Origin: Bacteriovoracia bacterium
GTDB taxonomy: Bacteria; Bdellovibrionota; UBA1018; JBFWNL01
Reading direction: 5' to 3'
Assembly: GCA_050251055.1 (NCBI GenBank)
Contig: JBFWNL010000001.1
Location: forward strand, 1 to 64,000
DNA: 64,000 bases
The notes beneath the pieces were generated by a model. The model saw only the letters and a program-made list of their open reading frames with translations, ran no database searches and was not told where the DNA came from. Position 1 is the first letter of the stretch. Every line of letters starts with the position of its first letter. This document shows positions 9,336 through 18,562 of this stretch, piece after piece. Position numbers and translations under genes: made by a program.

Positions 9336-10175
9336 CTACGCGCGGCCCGAGACCTGCGTCCACGTATAGAAAAAAACGGAGTCGGTCGCGCCCCGCAGGC
9401 GATTGAATTCTAACTTCATCTGCTCGACGAGCGTGGAAGTGACGGTCCCTCGTTCGACGAGCTGGGGGGCGCCGCTGAGAATGAGGGTCTCCCAGTAATC
9501 AAAGAACTTCGTGCGTTCCTCCGGATTGCGGCGATCGCAGAGGTAGCTGCGCACGTCCGCGCGGATATCTCGGAAGCCGGCGTCGTGTAGATATCCCGGC
9601 ACCCGGATGCCTACGTCGGGATCCGCGCCCAGTGCCGATTGGAGTTCGTTGTAGGCGCGCCAGTACTGCATGAGCATGGGCGACTCGGGCGCCACGAAGA
9701 AGCTGGAATTGAAGACCTCCACGGCGTAAAGCGGCGAACCTGGGGCGAGCGCGCGGCGCGCCTCTTTGAGGATCGCCAGCGGGTTGGGTACGTGCTCTAG
9801 GATCCAGCAGAGGTACGCCCCGTCGAAAACCGGTATGCGCGCGCCGTCCGGAAACGGCAGGCGTAGGGCATCCGCGGACTGGAACTGCACGCGGCCCTTC
9901 TGGATGTTTTCGGCGTGCCGCTCGCGTGCCCGCTCCAGTTGGGCGGCGGCGGCATCGACGCCCGTAATTTTCAGCTTTGGATAAAGACGAAGCAAAATCT
10001 CCGTCTGCGCTCCCACGCCGCAGCCGATCTCGAGCAGGTGCCGGCAGCCGGAGAAATCCACGCCCGGATATACGTAAGGCTCGAGAAAACGTGCCTGGTC
10101 GTATAGCCGGTCTTGCTCGGAGCGAGTAAAGCCGTGGAGATAGCCCGCGGCGACGCCGGTCGTTGAATCACCCAT
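9336..10175 (-). CDS. class I SAM-dependent methyltransferase
   Basis: YLHGFTRSEQDRL, LEIGCGVGAQ, DALRLPF, WILEHVPNP. Confidence 0.9.
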   Translation of the reverse strand: MGDSTTGVAAGYLHGFTRSEQDRLYDQARFLEPYVYPGVDFSGCRHLLEIGCGVGAQTEILLRLYPKLKITGVDAAAAQLERARERHAENIQKGRVQFQSADALRLPFPDGARIPVFDGAYLCWILEHVPNPLAILKEARRALAPGSPLYAVEVFNSSFFVAPESPMLMQYWRAYNELQSALGADPDVGIRVPGYLHDAGFRDIRADVRSYLCDRRNPEERTKFFDYWETLILSGAPQLVERGTVTSTLVEQMKLEFNRLRGATDSVFFYTWTQVSGRA

Positions 10176-10226
10176 GTCCCGGTTTTAACCCCGGACGGGG
10201 GCGAAGTCCATGGGCCGGTGGCGATC

Positions 10227-10646
10227 TCAGCGTCGTTTCGGCTTTGGGCGTTTATGGGGATTGCCGGGGCTGGTACGCTTCCCCGCGACCTTGCGTTTAG
10301 GGATTTTGAAGGTTTCGATTTTGCGGTAAACGAAATTCTTTTGGATGCTTTCAATGCCGGGAACGCGGTCGATGAACTCTTCCAGGTCCGCGATACCCGG
10401 GTCTTTTAAAAGCTGCACGACGAACCAGCCATCGCCGATGAGCTTCGTCTTTACGATCCCATAAACGCTGAACGCGCGCCGGAGCACGGCCTCGGTCTTT
10501 GACGGAGCCAGGCGCACGAGATACTCCGCCACCGCGCGTGGTTTGATCGTCACCTTCGTGCGGGCGAGCGCGGGTGGGCTCGTGGCCGCGCCCGTCGCCG
10601 CGAAGCAAGCAAGCGCGAGGGCGATTTTTAGAAACTTACCGAACAT
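10227..10646 (-). CDS. exported stand-alone subtilisin-propeptide-like protein
   Basis: Signal peptide; EYLVRL...PGIESIQKNFVYR parallels EILVKF...PEVEWAQPNYIYR in the prodomain of the adjacent S8 protease; overlaps its stop. Confidence 0.65.
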   Translation of the reverse strand: MFGKFLKIALALACFAATGAATSPPALARTKVTIKPRAVAEYLVRLAPSKTEAVLRRAFSVYGIVKTKLIGDGWFVVQLLKDPGIADLEEFIDRVPGIESIQKNFVYRKIETFKIPKRKVAGKRTSPGNPHKRPKPKRR

Positions 10647-12483
10647 CTACCGTCACCCCGGTGGGCGGAAAGATATGGGAAAGGGCCCCCGCCGCATAGG
10701 CCGCCTTTCCGGTGATCGATTTTCCCGCGAGCGCCGCCGCCGGCGTCCCGCCGGCCTGGATCGCTTCCACGACGTCCGTGTACGTGTACTGCGGGTTATA
10801 CGCCCATACCAGCGCCACCAGACCCGCCACCATCGGGGTGGCCATGGAGGTCCCGTCGATGGTGCGGTAGCTCGTGTTGTTCAACGTGAGCGTCGTAATC
10901 GAAAAATTGAGGATGCCCACGCCGAAGCTGGTTTGGGAGGCATCGCTCGTGAACTGGAAACCCACCGTGCACTGGGCCGAAATACAGCCCGTGACGTCGT
11001 AGGCGAGGTAAACGCTCGAGCTGCCGCCCGATCCGCTTTCCTGACCAACCAAGGAGCCGCCTCCGCCGAAAGGATCGCCGGTGGACGCGCGGTAGGCCGT
11101 ACGAAAAAAGTCAAAGCCCGCTTCCGTGTCAACGAAGGCGTCGAACTCGACGATCGCCGCCGCGGTCCCCGCTAGATTAAAAGTCTTATACGCCCGGGCG
11201 TTGGCGTTGTTCGCGTACTGAGCGCTCGTGCCGTTCCAGTTCGCGGGGTTCACTAACATGGGATAGGTCATGCCGTCACCCAAGGTACGCGATACGTAGG
11301 CCCAAGTGTTGTTACTGCGGGTCCAGTCGAGCGTGCCCCCGTTATTGAAATCATCGCTGATCGCGGCGTTCGTCCCGGCCCACTCGCTCCGTACGTTGGT
11401 GCCAGGTGCGCCGAGCATCACGCTTTGGGCGCCGTAATTGCTGAAAGACGCGAGACTGAAGGCTTGATCCAATGCCGCCACGCAGATCAGGTTGGGCTGG
11501 TGGTAGTTGCAGGGGTAGGTGGGCGATCCGCCCGCGTCATTGTTCGCGCCCTCGTTGCCGGCGGCGGCGACGACGATCACGCCCTGATTGCGCGCATTAA
11601 TGATAGCGGATTCCATCGCGGGGTCGTTCGCGCTTTGCCCTAAGCTTAAGTTGATGACTTTGGCGCCGTTGTTGACGGCGAAGTTGATGCCGCTGACCAC
11701 GTCTGCCGTCGTGCCCGAGCCGGAAGCGTCGAGCACGCGCACGGCCATGAGCCGGGCCTGCCAGCAGACCCCGCTCGTGCCGACGCCGTTGTTTCCCACG
11801 GCGCCGATAATGCCGGCGACGTGCGTGCCGTGGCCGTCGAGATCCATCGGGTTATTGTCGTTGTCGACGTAATCGTATCCGTGATTGGGATACGTGGCGC
11901 CGCCGTCCCACATATTCGCCGCGAGATCCGCGTGGTTGTAGTTCACGCCCGTATCCACGATCGCCACGGGTGCGGCGATGCAATTCGTGGTGGTGTTCCA
12001 CGCGGCTTCGAGCCCCATATCGCGTCCAGCGACGCCGGGATTGTTTTGGGCGTAGTTTCCGCTAGTGACGGTTTGAGCCGTGTTTTTGAAGCCCCAAAGC
12101 TGCGTGAACTGGGGATCGTTCGGCAGCGCGAGCTTGCGGTAAATGTAGTTGGGCTGGGCCCATTCGACTTCCGGCTGCGCCGCCATCTCCGCGATGGCAT
12201 CCATAAGGGCGCGTCCCTCGGGCGCGGCGACCTTGGCGAGCCCCGATTCGATCGTCTGGAGTTTGCGTGCGCCCGCGCGATCGAGCACGCCTTGTTCCGA
12301 GCGTGCGTCACGGTACGGCGCCTTGAATTTCACCAGAATCTCACCCGCCCGGTGCGTGGAAAATACCTTCTTGAAGGCCGCGGGCCGGGCGGCCACGACG
12401 GGGCCGGCGTGCGAGCCCACCGCGCCGAAAAAGCTGGTGACGGCGGTGAAGGCGATGAGAGTGGCGCACCGGAAAAATTTCAT
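10636..12483 (-). CDS. S8 subtilisin-family serine protease with prodomain and inserted beta domain
   Basis: Signal peptide; triad VAIVDTG, GHGTHVAG, GTSMATP; oxyanion AAGN. Confidence 0.95.
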   Translation of the reverse strand: MKFFRCATLIAFTAVTSFFGAVGSHAGPVVAARPAAFKKVFSTHRAGEILVKFKAPYRDARSEQGVLDRAGARKLQTIESGLAKVAAPEGRALMDAIAEMAAQPEVEWAQPNYIYRKLALPNDPQFTQLWGFKNTAQTVTSGNYAQNNPGVAGRDMGLEAAWNTTTNCIAAPVAIVDTGVNYNHADLAANMWDGGATYPNHGYDYVDNDNNPMDLDGHGTHVAGIIGAVGNNGVGTSGVCWQARLMAVRVLDASGSGTTADVVSGINFAVNNGAKVINLSLGQSANDPAMESAIINARNQGVIVVAAAGNEGANNDAGGSPTYPCNYHQPNLICVAALDQAFSLASFSNYGAQSVMLGAPGTNVRSEWAGTNAAISDDFNNGGTLDWTRSNNTWAYVSRTLGDGMTYPMLVNPANWNGTSAQYANNANARAYKTFNLAGTAAAIVEFDAFVDTEAGFDFFRTAYRASTGDPFGGGGSLVGQESGSGGSSSVYLAYDVTGCISAQCTVGFQFTSDASQTSFGVGILNFSITTLTLNNTSYRTIDGTSMATPMVAGLVALVWAYNPQYTYTDVVEAIQAGGTPAAALAGKSITGKAAYAAGALSHIFPPTGVTVDVR

Positions 12484-12881
12484 GGCAGCACCACCGAAGT
12501 TTCCGCCGAGGCTACGCCGGAGGGATTCATGGCGGAGTATGCGACGATTTTAAGGTAGTAAGTTCCCGCCGGCAGCACCGGCAAGGCGGCGGAAGTGGGC
12601 GCGGCGGCGCCGGAAACGTAGGGAACGTTGACGAAGGGCGCGCCACTGACGGCGAAGCCCGTCGCTTGGCTATAGTGCACGCGATACCCGCCGCCCGTCG
12701 CGTTGACCGCGTGCTCGCGGTTGGCATTCCAAGAAACCTGAATTCGGGGAGGGGTGGAGATTTGTTCACGGGGATTGAGGGAAGCATTGAGGCTGTTGAC
12801 GGAGAGGCGCGAGCAGCCGGAGGCGGCAGCGAGAACGATCCAAAGCGCAATCCACGGGCGGCGTCGGCGGTGAGCCTTCAA
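12480..12881 (-). CDS. lipoprotein with single fibronectin type III-like domain
   Basis: Lipobox ASGC; VSWNAN...GGYRVHY...GTYYLKIVAY pattern; ATGA overlap with the protease. Confidence 0.75.
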   Translation of the reverse strand: MKAHRRRRPWIALWIVLAAASGCSRLSVNSLNASLNPREQISTPPRIQVSWNANREHAVNATGGGYRVHYSQATGFAVSGAPFVNVPYVSGAAAPTSAALPVLPAGTYYLKIVAYSAMNPSGVASAETSVVLP

Positions 12882-12985
12882 AGAGTCCCCCTAAAACATG
12901 CCCCAGCCCATTTGCTCCCCTGAAATCCTCTAACCTGAGTATTGTCTCAATTTTGACTATTTTAATCAACTAATAAGTTCTGAAA

Positions 12986-12998
12986 AATCAATGGCTTG
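12986..12998 (+). promoter_or_regulatory. possible IHF-type binding site
   Basis: AATCAATGGCTTG matches WATCAANNNNTTR inside an AT-rich intergenic region. Confidence 0.35.
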
Positions 12999-13019
12999 AA
13001 TGTGAAATTAACAATTAAA

Positions 13020-13724
13020 TTACGCGGGGTTAGGCCGGCTCTTGAGCTCGAGCAGGGCGTTTTCGAGGGCCGTTTCTAGCGACTGGATCCGTTCCCGGTA
13101 CTGGGCCTCGGTCGTGAGCGGTGCACCCTTGAGGGTCAGGCGGAATAGCTCTTCTTGGAGCGCGAGGTTACGTTTTTCGAGCTCCGAGAGCGTTTTACGC
13201 AGCTGTCCCACTTCGCCTCGCTCGCGCGCCAGGACTTCTTCGCGGGTGGCGCCCGTGGGGCTCGCTGGATGGGGTGATGACGCGGGCGCGGCCGTCGCGG
13301 CTCCCGCAGCCGTGGGCGCCGCGACGCCAGGGGCGCTGGTTTCTCCGGCGGGCGCGACTCCGTCGGCGCTCGCGGGGCCGTCCGGATGCTTCACGAAGTA
13401 ATCGATCGCTTCCTGTCGGGTCGCGTAGACCGGCACGGCCGGAGGCACGGCGAAGGTCGCGATTTTTTTTGCCACCTCGGAGTCGATGCCGGCGATCACG
13501 ATGCGACCGGCGAGTTCGCGCGCCAACAGGTCAAGCGCCGCGAGTTCACGCACGGTCTCCGAGGTGGGCGGCGCCATCTTCGAGAGCTCGAGCACGATGC
13601 GGTTTTTCCCGACCGTAAGCAGCTTTTTCAAGCCCACCTTTAAAACCTGGAAATCGTGCGCCGTTTGGGTGCCTTCGGCGCTTAAGATCTCGATTCCTTG
13701 TTCTTGGGTGAGGGCAAGTTTCAT
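13020..13724 (-). CDS. STAS-like domain protein with Ala/Pro linker and C-terminal coiled coil
   Basis: ILSAEG...GKNRIVLELS...GRIVIAG...VYATRQEA STAS pattern; heptad-rich C-terminus. Confidence 0.65.
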   Translation of the reverse strand: MKLALTQEQGIEILSAEGTQTAHDFQVLKVGLKKLLTVGKNRIVLELSKMAPPTSETVRELAALDLLARELAGRIVIAGIDSEVAKKIATFAVPPAVPVYATRQEAIDYFVKHPDGPASADGVAPAGETSAPGVAAPTAAGAATAAPASSPHPASPTGATREEVLARERGEVGQLRKTLSELEKRNLALQEELFRLTLKGAPLTTEAQYRERIQSLETALENALLELKSRPNPA

Positions 13725-13741
13725 CGTCGTTTAAACCTGAT

Positions 13742-14185
13742 TTAAGAGAGTTGGGCCCGATAGTAAAAGAGCCGGATCAGATCCCGGCGCGTGATGATGC
13801 CGACGAGCTTGTCTTGCTTGCCTTTGCCGTCGACCACGGGCAGCCGGCGGAAGCGCGACTTCACGAAGTGTTCGATGACTTCGTCGATTGGCGTATCCTG
13901 GGCGATGGAATCGACTTGGTTCGAAAAGGTGATCTTGCCCTCGAAGTGCTGGGGTTTGAGGGGGCCGGCTTGGGCGACTTGGGCCAGGATGTCGTACTCG
14001 GAGAGCACGCCGACGAGTTTGCCCTGTTTGTCGACGACAGGCAGCCCGGTGATGCGGTTGTTGATCAACACCTTCAGGGCTTCCTCGAGCGAGCAGTCGT
14101 CCCGCACCGTGATCAGCTCGGTGGACATGACGTCCTTGGCGAGGGTGGGGGTGGTGCCGATGTTCAAGATTTCTGCAGTGTTCAT
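13742..14185 (-). CDS. tandem CBS domain protein
   Basis: AKDVMS, ITGLPVVD..GKLVGVLSEYD, RRLPVVD..LVGIITRRDL; start set at 14185 from the promoter position. Confidence 0.92.
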   Translation of the reverse strand: MNTAEILNIGTTPTLAKDVMSTELITVRDDCSLEEALKVLINNRITGLPVVDKQGKLVGVLSEYDILAQVAQAGPLKPQHFEGKITFSNQVDSIAQDTPIDEVIEHFVKSRFRRLPVVDGKGKQDKLVGIITRRDLIRLFYYRAQLS

Positions 14186-14192
14186 AGGCAAG

Positions 14193-14221
14193 ATTATAGG
14201 GTGCCCGCGCATTGACTTCAA
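14193..14221 (-). promoter_or_regulatory. sigma70 promoter, probably giving leaderless mRNA for the CBS gene
   Basis: TTGAAG-17 bp-TATAAT ending 7 nt before ATG 14185; overlaps a divergent TTGACT at 14212. Confidence 0.7.
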
Positions 14222-14249
14222 TCTTTGAACTCGTCACACTAGATAAAGA

Positions 14250-15341
14250 TTGGCACTGGACGCCGCGCTTTTCCAAACTTGGGTCAATAACTACTGTATT
14301 CCCATGCGGGCCGGCGAAACCTTGACCCGGATCCTACGCGCGGCGCAAGACGAGGAGAGTCAGCTGGAAGACCTCGCGCGCATTTTCTCCGAAAACCAGG
14401 CCTACGTGCATTTTCTCAAAAAATTCGATTTGTTTTCCAAGCGGGTGGGGCAGTGGGAGGCGGAAGATCCCCAGTTGCAAGCCTCGGATTTGATCATGGT
14501 GGAGCGGCTTTTTCGTCTCGTGGGACGCGAAGCGGCAAGGGGGCTCACGGCCAGCATCGCGCTGAATCGAGTTTCTGAAATGGGTTTGCCGAGACTCAAG
14601 AGCAAGGCGAATGACAGCAAGCAGAAGCTCAAGCTCAACCCACGCGAGCAGCTCAAGTACGCGCATCAGATCGCTGATTTCTTCACCGAGCACAAGATGC
14701 CCGGCGCCGACGCCGCTTTCCGCGCGGCCATGCATTACGATTTCCTGAATGCCCTCTTAAACAAACACGCGGCCGCGCGCGAAGTCTTGAAATATGTGGA
14801 AGAGGCTTTCAAGGAGGGGCTCACCACGGCGCGCGTGACCTTCCGCTTGGCGACGCGCCTGAAGCGCGCGCAGCTGGGGGATGGCGTTTTCGCGGCGGCG
14901 CTCCTTATGCCTTTGGGGAAAATCGCGATGATGGCGCTTTTTCCGCCCGTGCTCAAGGACGGGGCTTGGCTTTCGGTAAAGACGGGGTTCGGCGACTTCG
15001 AGCTTTATGAGTTTTTTGCTTACCGGGAACTGGAGGCGAAGAAGTTCGGCGTGAGCTATCTTGATCTCAGCGCTCAGCTCGCGGGCTTCGCGGGATTTAG
15101 TCCCGAGCTCGCGCCCGTGCTGCGGCACGTACGCACGCCGTATGCGCTCGAAAAAGAAAAAGGCTCGCCCGAGCTCGCCATCCTGCTTAGCGTGGCCGAG
15201 ATCCTCACCGCGCACGTCCAGGGCGTGGGCGTCGCGTTTTCGGCGATTTTCCTACCCTGGCAAAAAAAATGGCTACAGGGCTACAAGCTCGATCTCGATC
15301 AGCTCAAGGCCGTGGCCGAGGAGCTGAAGAAGGCCAAATGA
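14250..15341 (+). CDS. HDOD-like signalling protein
   Basis: All-helical; LEDLARIFSEN, AFRAAMHYD, FAAALLMPLGKIAM, E.KKFGVSY resemble degenerate HDOD motifs. Confidence 0.6.
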   Translation: MALDAALFQTWVNNYCIPMRAGETLTRILRAAQDEESQLEDLARIFSENQAYVHFLKKFDLFSKRVGQWEAEDPQLQASDLIMVERLFRLVGREAARGLTASIALNRVSEMGLPRLKSKANDSKQKLKLNPREQLKYAHQIADFFTEHKMPGADAAFRAAMHYDFLNALLNKHAAAREVLKYVEEAFKEGLTTARVTFRLATRLKRAQLGDGVFAAALLMPLGKIAMMALFPPVLKDGAWLSVKTGFGDFELYEFFAYRELEAKKFGVSYLDLSAQLAGFAGFSPELAPVLRHVRTPYALEKEKGSPELAILLSVAEILTAHVQGVGVAFSAIFLPWQKKWLQGYKLDLDQLKAVAEELKKAK

Positions 15342-15550
15342 GCGCGCACCGGATTACGAAAGCCTGCACGGAATGCGAGGATTGCGTGGCGATGTGTCCC
15401 ACGCAGAGCATTTTCTACGGAGCCGAACGCTTTGTGATCGATCTTGACACTTGCACGGGCTGTCGCGTTTGCGTCCAGGTGTGCCCGGTAAACGCCATCG
15501 TGCCCGCGGACGCGACGGCCCCGGCGGTCAGCGACGGAAAAAAATCATAG
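15338..15550 (+). CDS. 2x[4Fe-4S] ferredoxin
   Basis: CTECEDCVAMCP and CTGCRVCVQVCP; ATGA overlap with the upstream gene. Confidence 0.92.
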   Translation: MSAHRITKACTECEDCVAMCPTQSIFYGAERFVIDLDTCTGCRVCVQVCPVNAIVPADATAPAVSDGKKS

Positions 15551-16322
15551 AGTTGTTTTCGGCGCGGTGGATCTTGGCGTCCAGCTTCAGCGTGCGCTTC
15601 GTTTCGCTCACCGGCCGATGCGCGCCCGGCGCGCGGGTGGGGGAGGCGGTGAAGTAGGGAATGCGGTTGTCGTCCAGCCAGGAGATCACGACGCCGCCCT
15701 CGGAGTCGAATCCGGCCGGATCGGGCGTGTGGAATACGTCATGTACGCTCACCGGGGTGCCGGGCTTCAGGCGCGAGAAGATGTTTTCGATGTACCAGTG
15801 CGCGAACTTCGCCGAGTGATCGCTGTCGATGAACGCGTAATCGATTTCCGTGGGCAGGTGATCGAGGTTGTCCTGCACGCGGCCCAAGAAAAAGTGTCGG
15901 CGTCCCTGCGCGAGCTCCCGCGGGACGTTGCGCTCGGAGGCGTCGATCATGTCGAAGGAATAGAGCTCGCCCTGCCGGTTGTCGGCTAGCGCGTGCAAAA
16001 TCCAGGTGCTCGACCAGCCCCCGCACGGGGAGATTTCGACGACCGTGCGTGGCCGCGACTCGCGCAGCCAGAGATAAGTAAGCTCCGCCTCAATGTCGTC
16101 GAGTTGCGGTTTGAGAATCGCCCCGCGCGTGAGGTAGCTTTGCGCCCGCCGCGCGGAAGCGAGCAGCTTCTGGGGCAAAGGAGCATCTTTTACCGGCAAG
16201 TAACCGAACGACTGATAAAGTTCCGCCTGGGCGGCGCGGACCCGGGTTAAGTCACCCGCGTACTTTCGGTAGAGGCCCGTGAAGTAATCGGCGTCGAGGC
16301 TCGTAGGCAATGCTTGACTCAT
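15528..16322 (-). CDS. class I SAM-dependent methyltransferase (Methyltransf_24-like)
   Basis: VVEISPCGGWSS, LYSFD, FIDSDH, VSVHDV; start at MSQAL. Confidence 0.8.
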   Translation of the reverse strand: MSQALPTSLDADYFTGLYRKYAGDLTRVRAAQAELYQSFGYLPVKDAPLPQKLLASARRAQSYLTRGAILKPQLDDIEAELTYLWLRESRPRTVVEISPCGGWSSTWILHALADNRQGELYSFDMIDASERNVPRELAQGRRHFFLGRVQDNLDHLPTEIDYAFIDSDHSAKFAHWYIENIFSRLKPGTPVSVHDVFHTPDPAGFDSEGGVVISWLDDNRIPYFTASPTRAPGAHRPVSETKRTLKLDAKIHRAENNSMIFFRR

Positions 16323-16378
16323 ATAGGATGCTTTTCTCAGTACCAGAAACCCAGGCTTTATGGTAGCCCCAAACCACG

Positions 16379-17158
16379 ATGGCGCTCCCACTTTCGGCCC
16401 TCATCATTACGCATAATGAAGAAAAGAACATCGCCCGCTGCTTAGAGTCATTGACTTGGGTGGAAGAGATCTTGGTGATCGACGGGGGAAGTAGCGACCG
16501 CACGCTCGCTATTTGTCGCGATCCAGGTGCGGCTTGGGCTACGAAGATCCGGGTGATCGAAAACCCCTGGCCGGGGTTTCGCGTGCAGCGCAATCTTTGC
16601 CTGAAGGAGGCGAAGCACGACTGGGTGCTCGTAGTGGACGCCGATGAGCGTTGCACTCCCGCGCTCGCGCATCGACTGCGGGAGCTGCTCTCGGCCACCG
16701 GGGGGCCCGCGAAGCCGGCCTACAAGGTGCAACGTTTGGAGTATTTTTTAGGTAAGCACATCCGTCATGGAATCTGGAGCCCGAGCTATCAGGATCGGTT
16801 CTACAATCGGCAGGGCATTCAGTACATCAACGATATTCATGAGTACCCCAACTACCCGCCGAATCCGGGCGTGATTCAAGAAGCGCTCGAGCATTCCCCT
16901 GATTTCGCCCCGGAGCGTTTCTTGGAGAAGATGAATAAATATACTTCGATCGAAGCGCGCGATCGCGTGGCCCGCGGCATGCGCACGAACCCGTTTCGAC
17001 TTTTCTTCGCGTTTCCGGCGATGTTCCTTAAAACTTATTTCTACTACGAGGGATACAAAGACGGGATTCATGGTTTCGTGATTTCGTTGCTCGAAGGCGT
17101 GTCTCGCGTGGTGAGGCACATTAAGATCTGGCAATACAGCCGCCGGAACCCCTCCTGA
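16379..17158 (+). CDS. family 2 glycosyltransferase (LPS core beta-1,4-glucosyltransferase-like)
   Basis: LSALIITHNEEKNIARCL, IDGGSSDRT, VDADER, KMNKYT, GYKDGIHG. Confidence 0.92.
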   Translation: MALPLSALIITHNEEKNIARCLESLTWVEEILVIDGGSSDRTLAICRDPGAAWATKIRVIENPWPGFRVQRNLCLKEAKHDWVLVVDADERCTPALAHRLRELLSATGGPAKPAYKVQRLEYFLGKHIRHGIWSPSYQDRFYNRQGIQYINDIHEYPNYPPNPGVIQEALEHSPDFAPERFLEKMNKYTSIEARDRVARGMRTNPFRLFFAFPAMFLKTYFYYEGYKDGIHGFVISLLEGVSRVVRHIKIWQYSRRNPS

Positions 17159-17212
17159 TTTTTCCTATCAGTCGAAGCCCCGGCGGCCGGTGGGTAGAGT
17201 CAAGCCAGGTAC

Positions 17213-18475
17213 TTAATCCACGCGCCCCGATGCGTCCTGGCCCGCGGTGCGCGCGCGCTGGATGAGCTGATCGAGCACTTCACGCATCTCCGGATAGGTA
17301 TCCACGTAACGTTCGCGTACCCGACGCAGCATCGCTTCGGCAAACCGCCCGAGGCCAGCCACGTCGAAGTCTTCGCGCATCCCCATCGCGTCTTTAAAGA
17401 TGCGATCCTCTTCGCTCTCCAAGAGGATTTCGATGCGGCCGACGAAGGCGCGCACGAGGAAATCCGGCGTCGGGCTTACCCGCAGCGGGAGGATCATGTC
17501 CACTTCCTTGCGCGGGAGCGTGTACAGCAGGCGCAGCCCCGGCACCTTCAGATAGCCGTGCTCCCAGGTGGCGACCATCGCCGTGGCTTCGTCGGCGGTT
17601 AGACCTTCCCGCGCCAGCGCCGAGATCAACGCCCCGCGAGCTTGAGCTCCCGCCAGGATATCGCGTGAACGGCGCGCGTCCTCGTGATCCTTCAGCCGAC
17701 GAATCAGCGCGCCGGGGATCGTTTGGTCAAGCGAACGACCCAGCCGCACCATCTGGCCGTGGCCCTTTTCGTCCACGTGCACCAAGAAAGCGGAACCGGG
17801 TAGATCGTCCAGACGGCCGGCGATTCGTAGGTTGTCACGATCCGACGTGATCACGAGCCGTGGCTGGAAGCGCCCTAGGCCGCGGTAGAAGATGAACTTC
17901 TCCACCTCCTGGTTCGTCCGCACGAGGTTTGCCATGGGGACGTTACGAGCGTGCCCGTAGATATTTCCAGCCTCGACGGAGGGCAGGGGCGCGGTTTCAC
18001 GTGGCGCGAGCACCTCCACGTCGAAGCGAGCTATGCCGTTCGCGAGCACCGGCGCGCTGTCTCGCCGGGGATACGTGAACGTCGGAGCGGGAAACGTCTC
18101 CGTGATCACTCCCTGGGGAAACTGTACCGTCACCGCCGTGCGTAGCGGCTGATCCGCGTAGAAGTAGATGACGGGTGTTTCCATCTTCTGGGTCACTTCG
18201 TTCTGATCCAGGAAGGCAAACGGAATGCATCCCTTGCCGTGGCAGGGTGGCTCGACCGGCGTGGGCCCGGGCGGCTTCGGCGGGGCCTGTACCTCCCCAA
18301 AACCGTGCACGAACTCCGGCAGCCTCTCGTCCTCATGAGTCATGCCGTTCTGCGTGATCCCGTTTGATCCGACCAGCGAAGTGAAAGTTCCCCATTCGTG
18401 AACCTCCAGCGCCGCCAACGCGGAGCTTCCGGTCAGTAATAACAAAATACTCAAACCCCCTATGGACTTTTTCAT
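17213..18475 (-). CDS. exported protein of unknown function (VHEWGTF motif)
   Basis: Signal peptide; VHEWGTFTS, METPVIYFY, EKFIFYRGLG, GLTADEATAM, RAFVGRIE blocks look conserved; GGGGA RBS. Confidence 0.75.
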   Translation of the reverse strand: MKKSIGGLSILLLLTGSSALAALEVHEWGTFTSLVGSNGITQNGMTHEDERLPEFVHGFGEVQAPPKPPGPTPVEPPCHGKGCIPFAFLDQNEVTQKMETPVIYFYADQPLRTAVTVQFPQGVITETFPAPTFTYPRRDSAPVLANGIARFDVEVLAPRETAPLPSVEAGNIYGHARNVPMANLVRTNQEVEKFIFYRGLGRFQPRLVITSDRDNLRIAGRLDDLPGSAFLVHVDEKGHGQMVRLGRSLDQTIPGALIRRLKDHEDARRSRDILAGAQARGALISALAREGLTADEATAMVATWEHGYLKVPGLRLLYTLPRKEVDMILPLRVSPTPDFLVRAFVGRIEILLESEEDRIFKDAMGMREDFDVAGLGRFAEAMLRRVRERYVDTYPEMREVLDQLIQRARTAGQDASGRVD

Positions 18476-18562
18476 ATTCAGTCCCCCTTTCGGCCTTGTT
18501 TATACCTATGACGCATGTGGAAAAAAATTGAATAAAAAGACATTTATGTTAACTAAAAGTTT

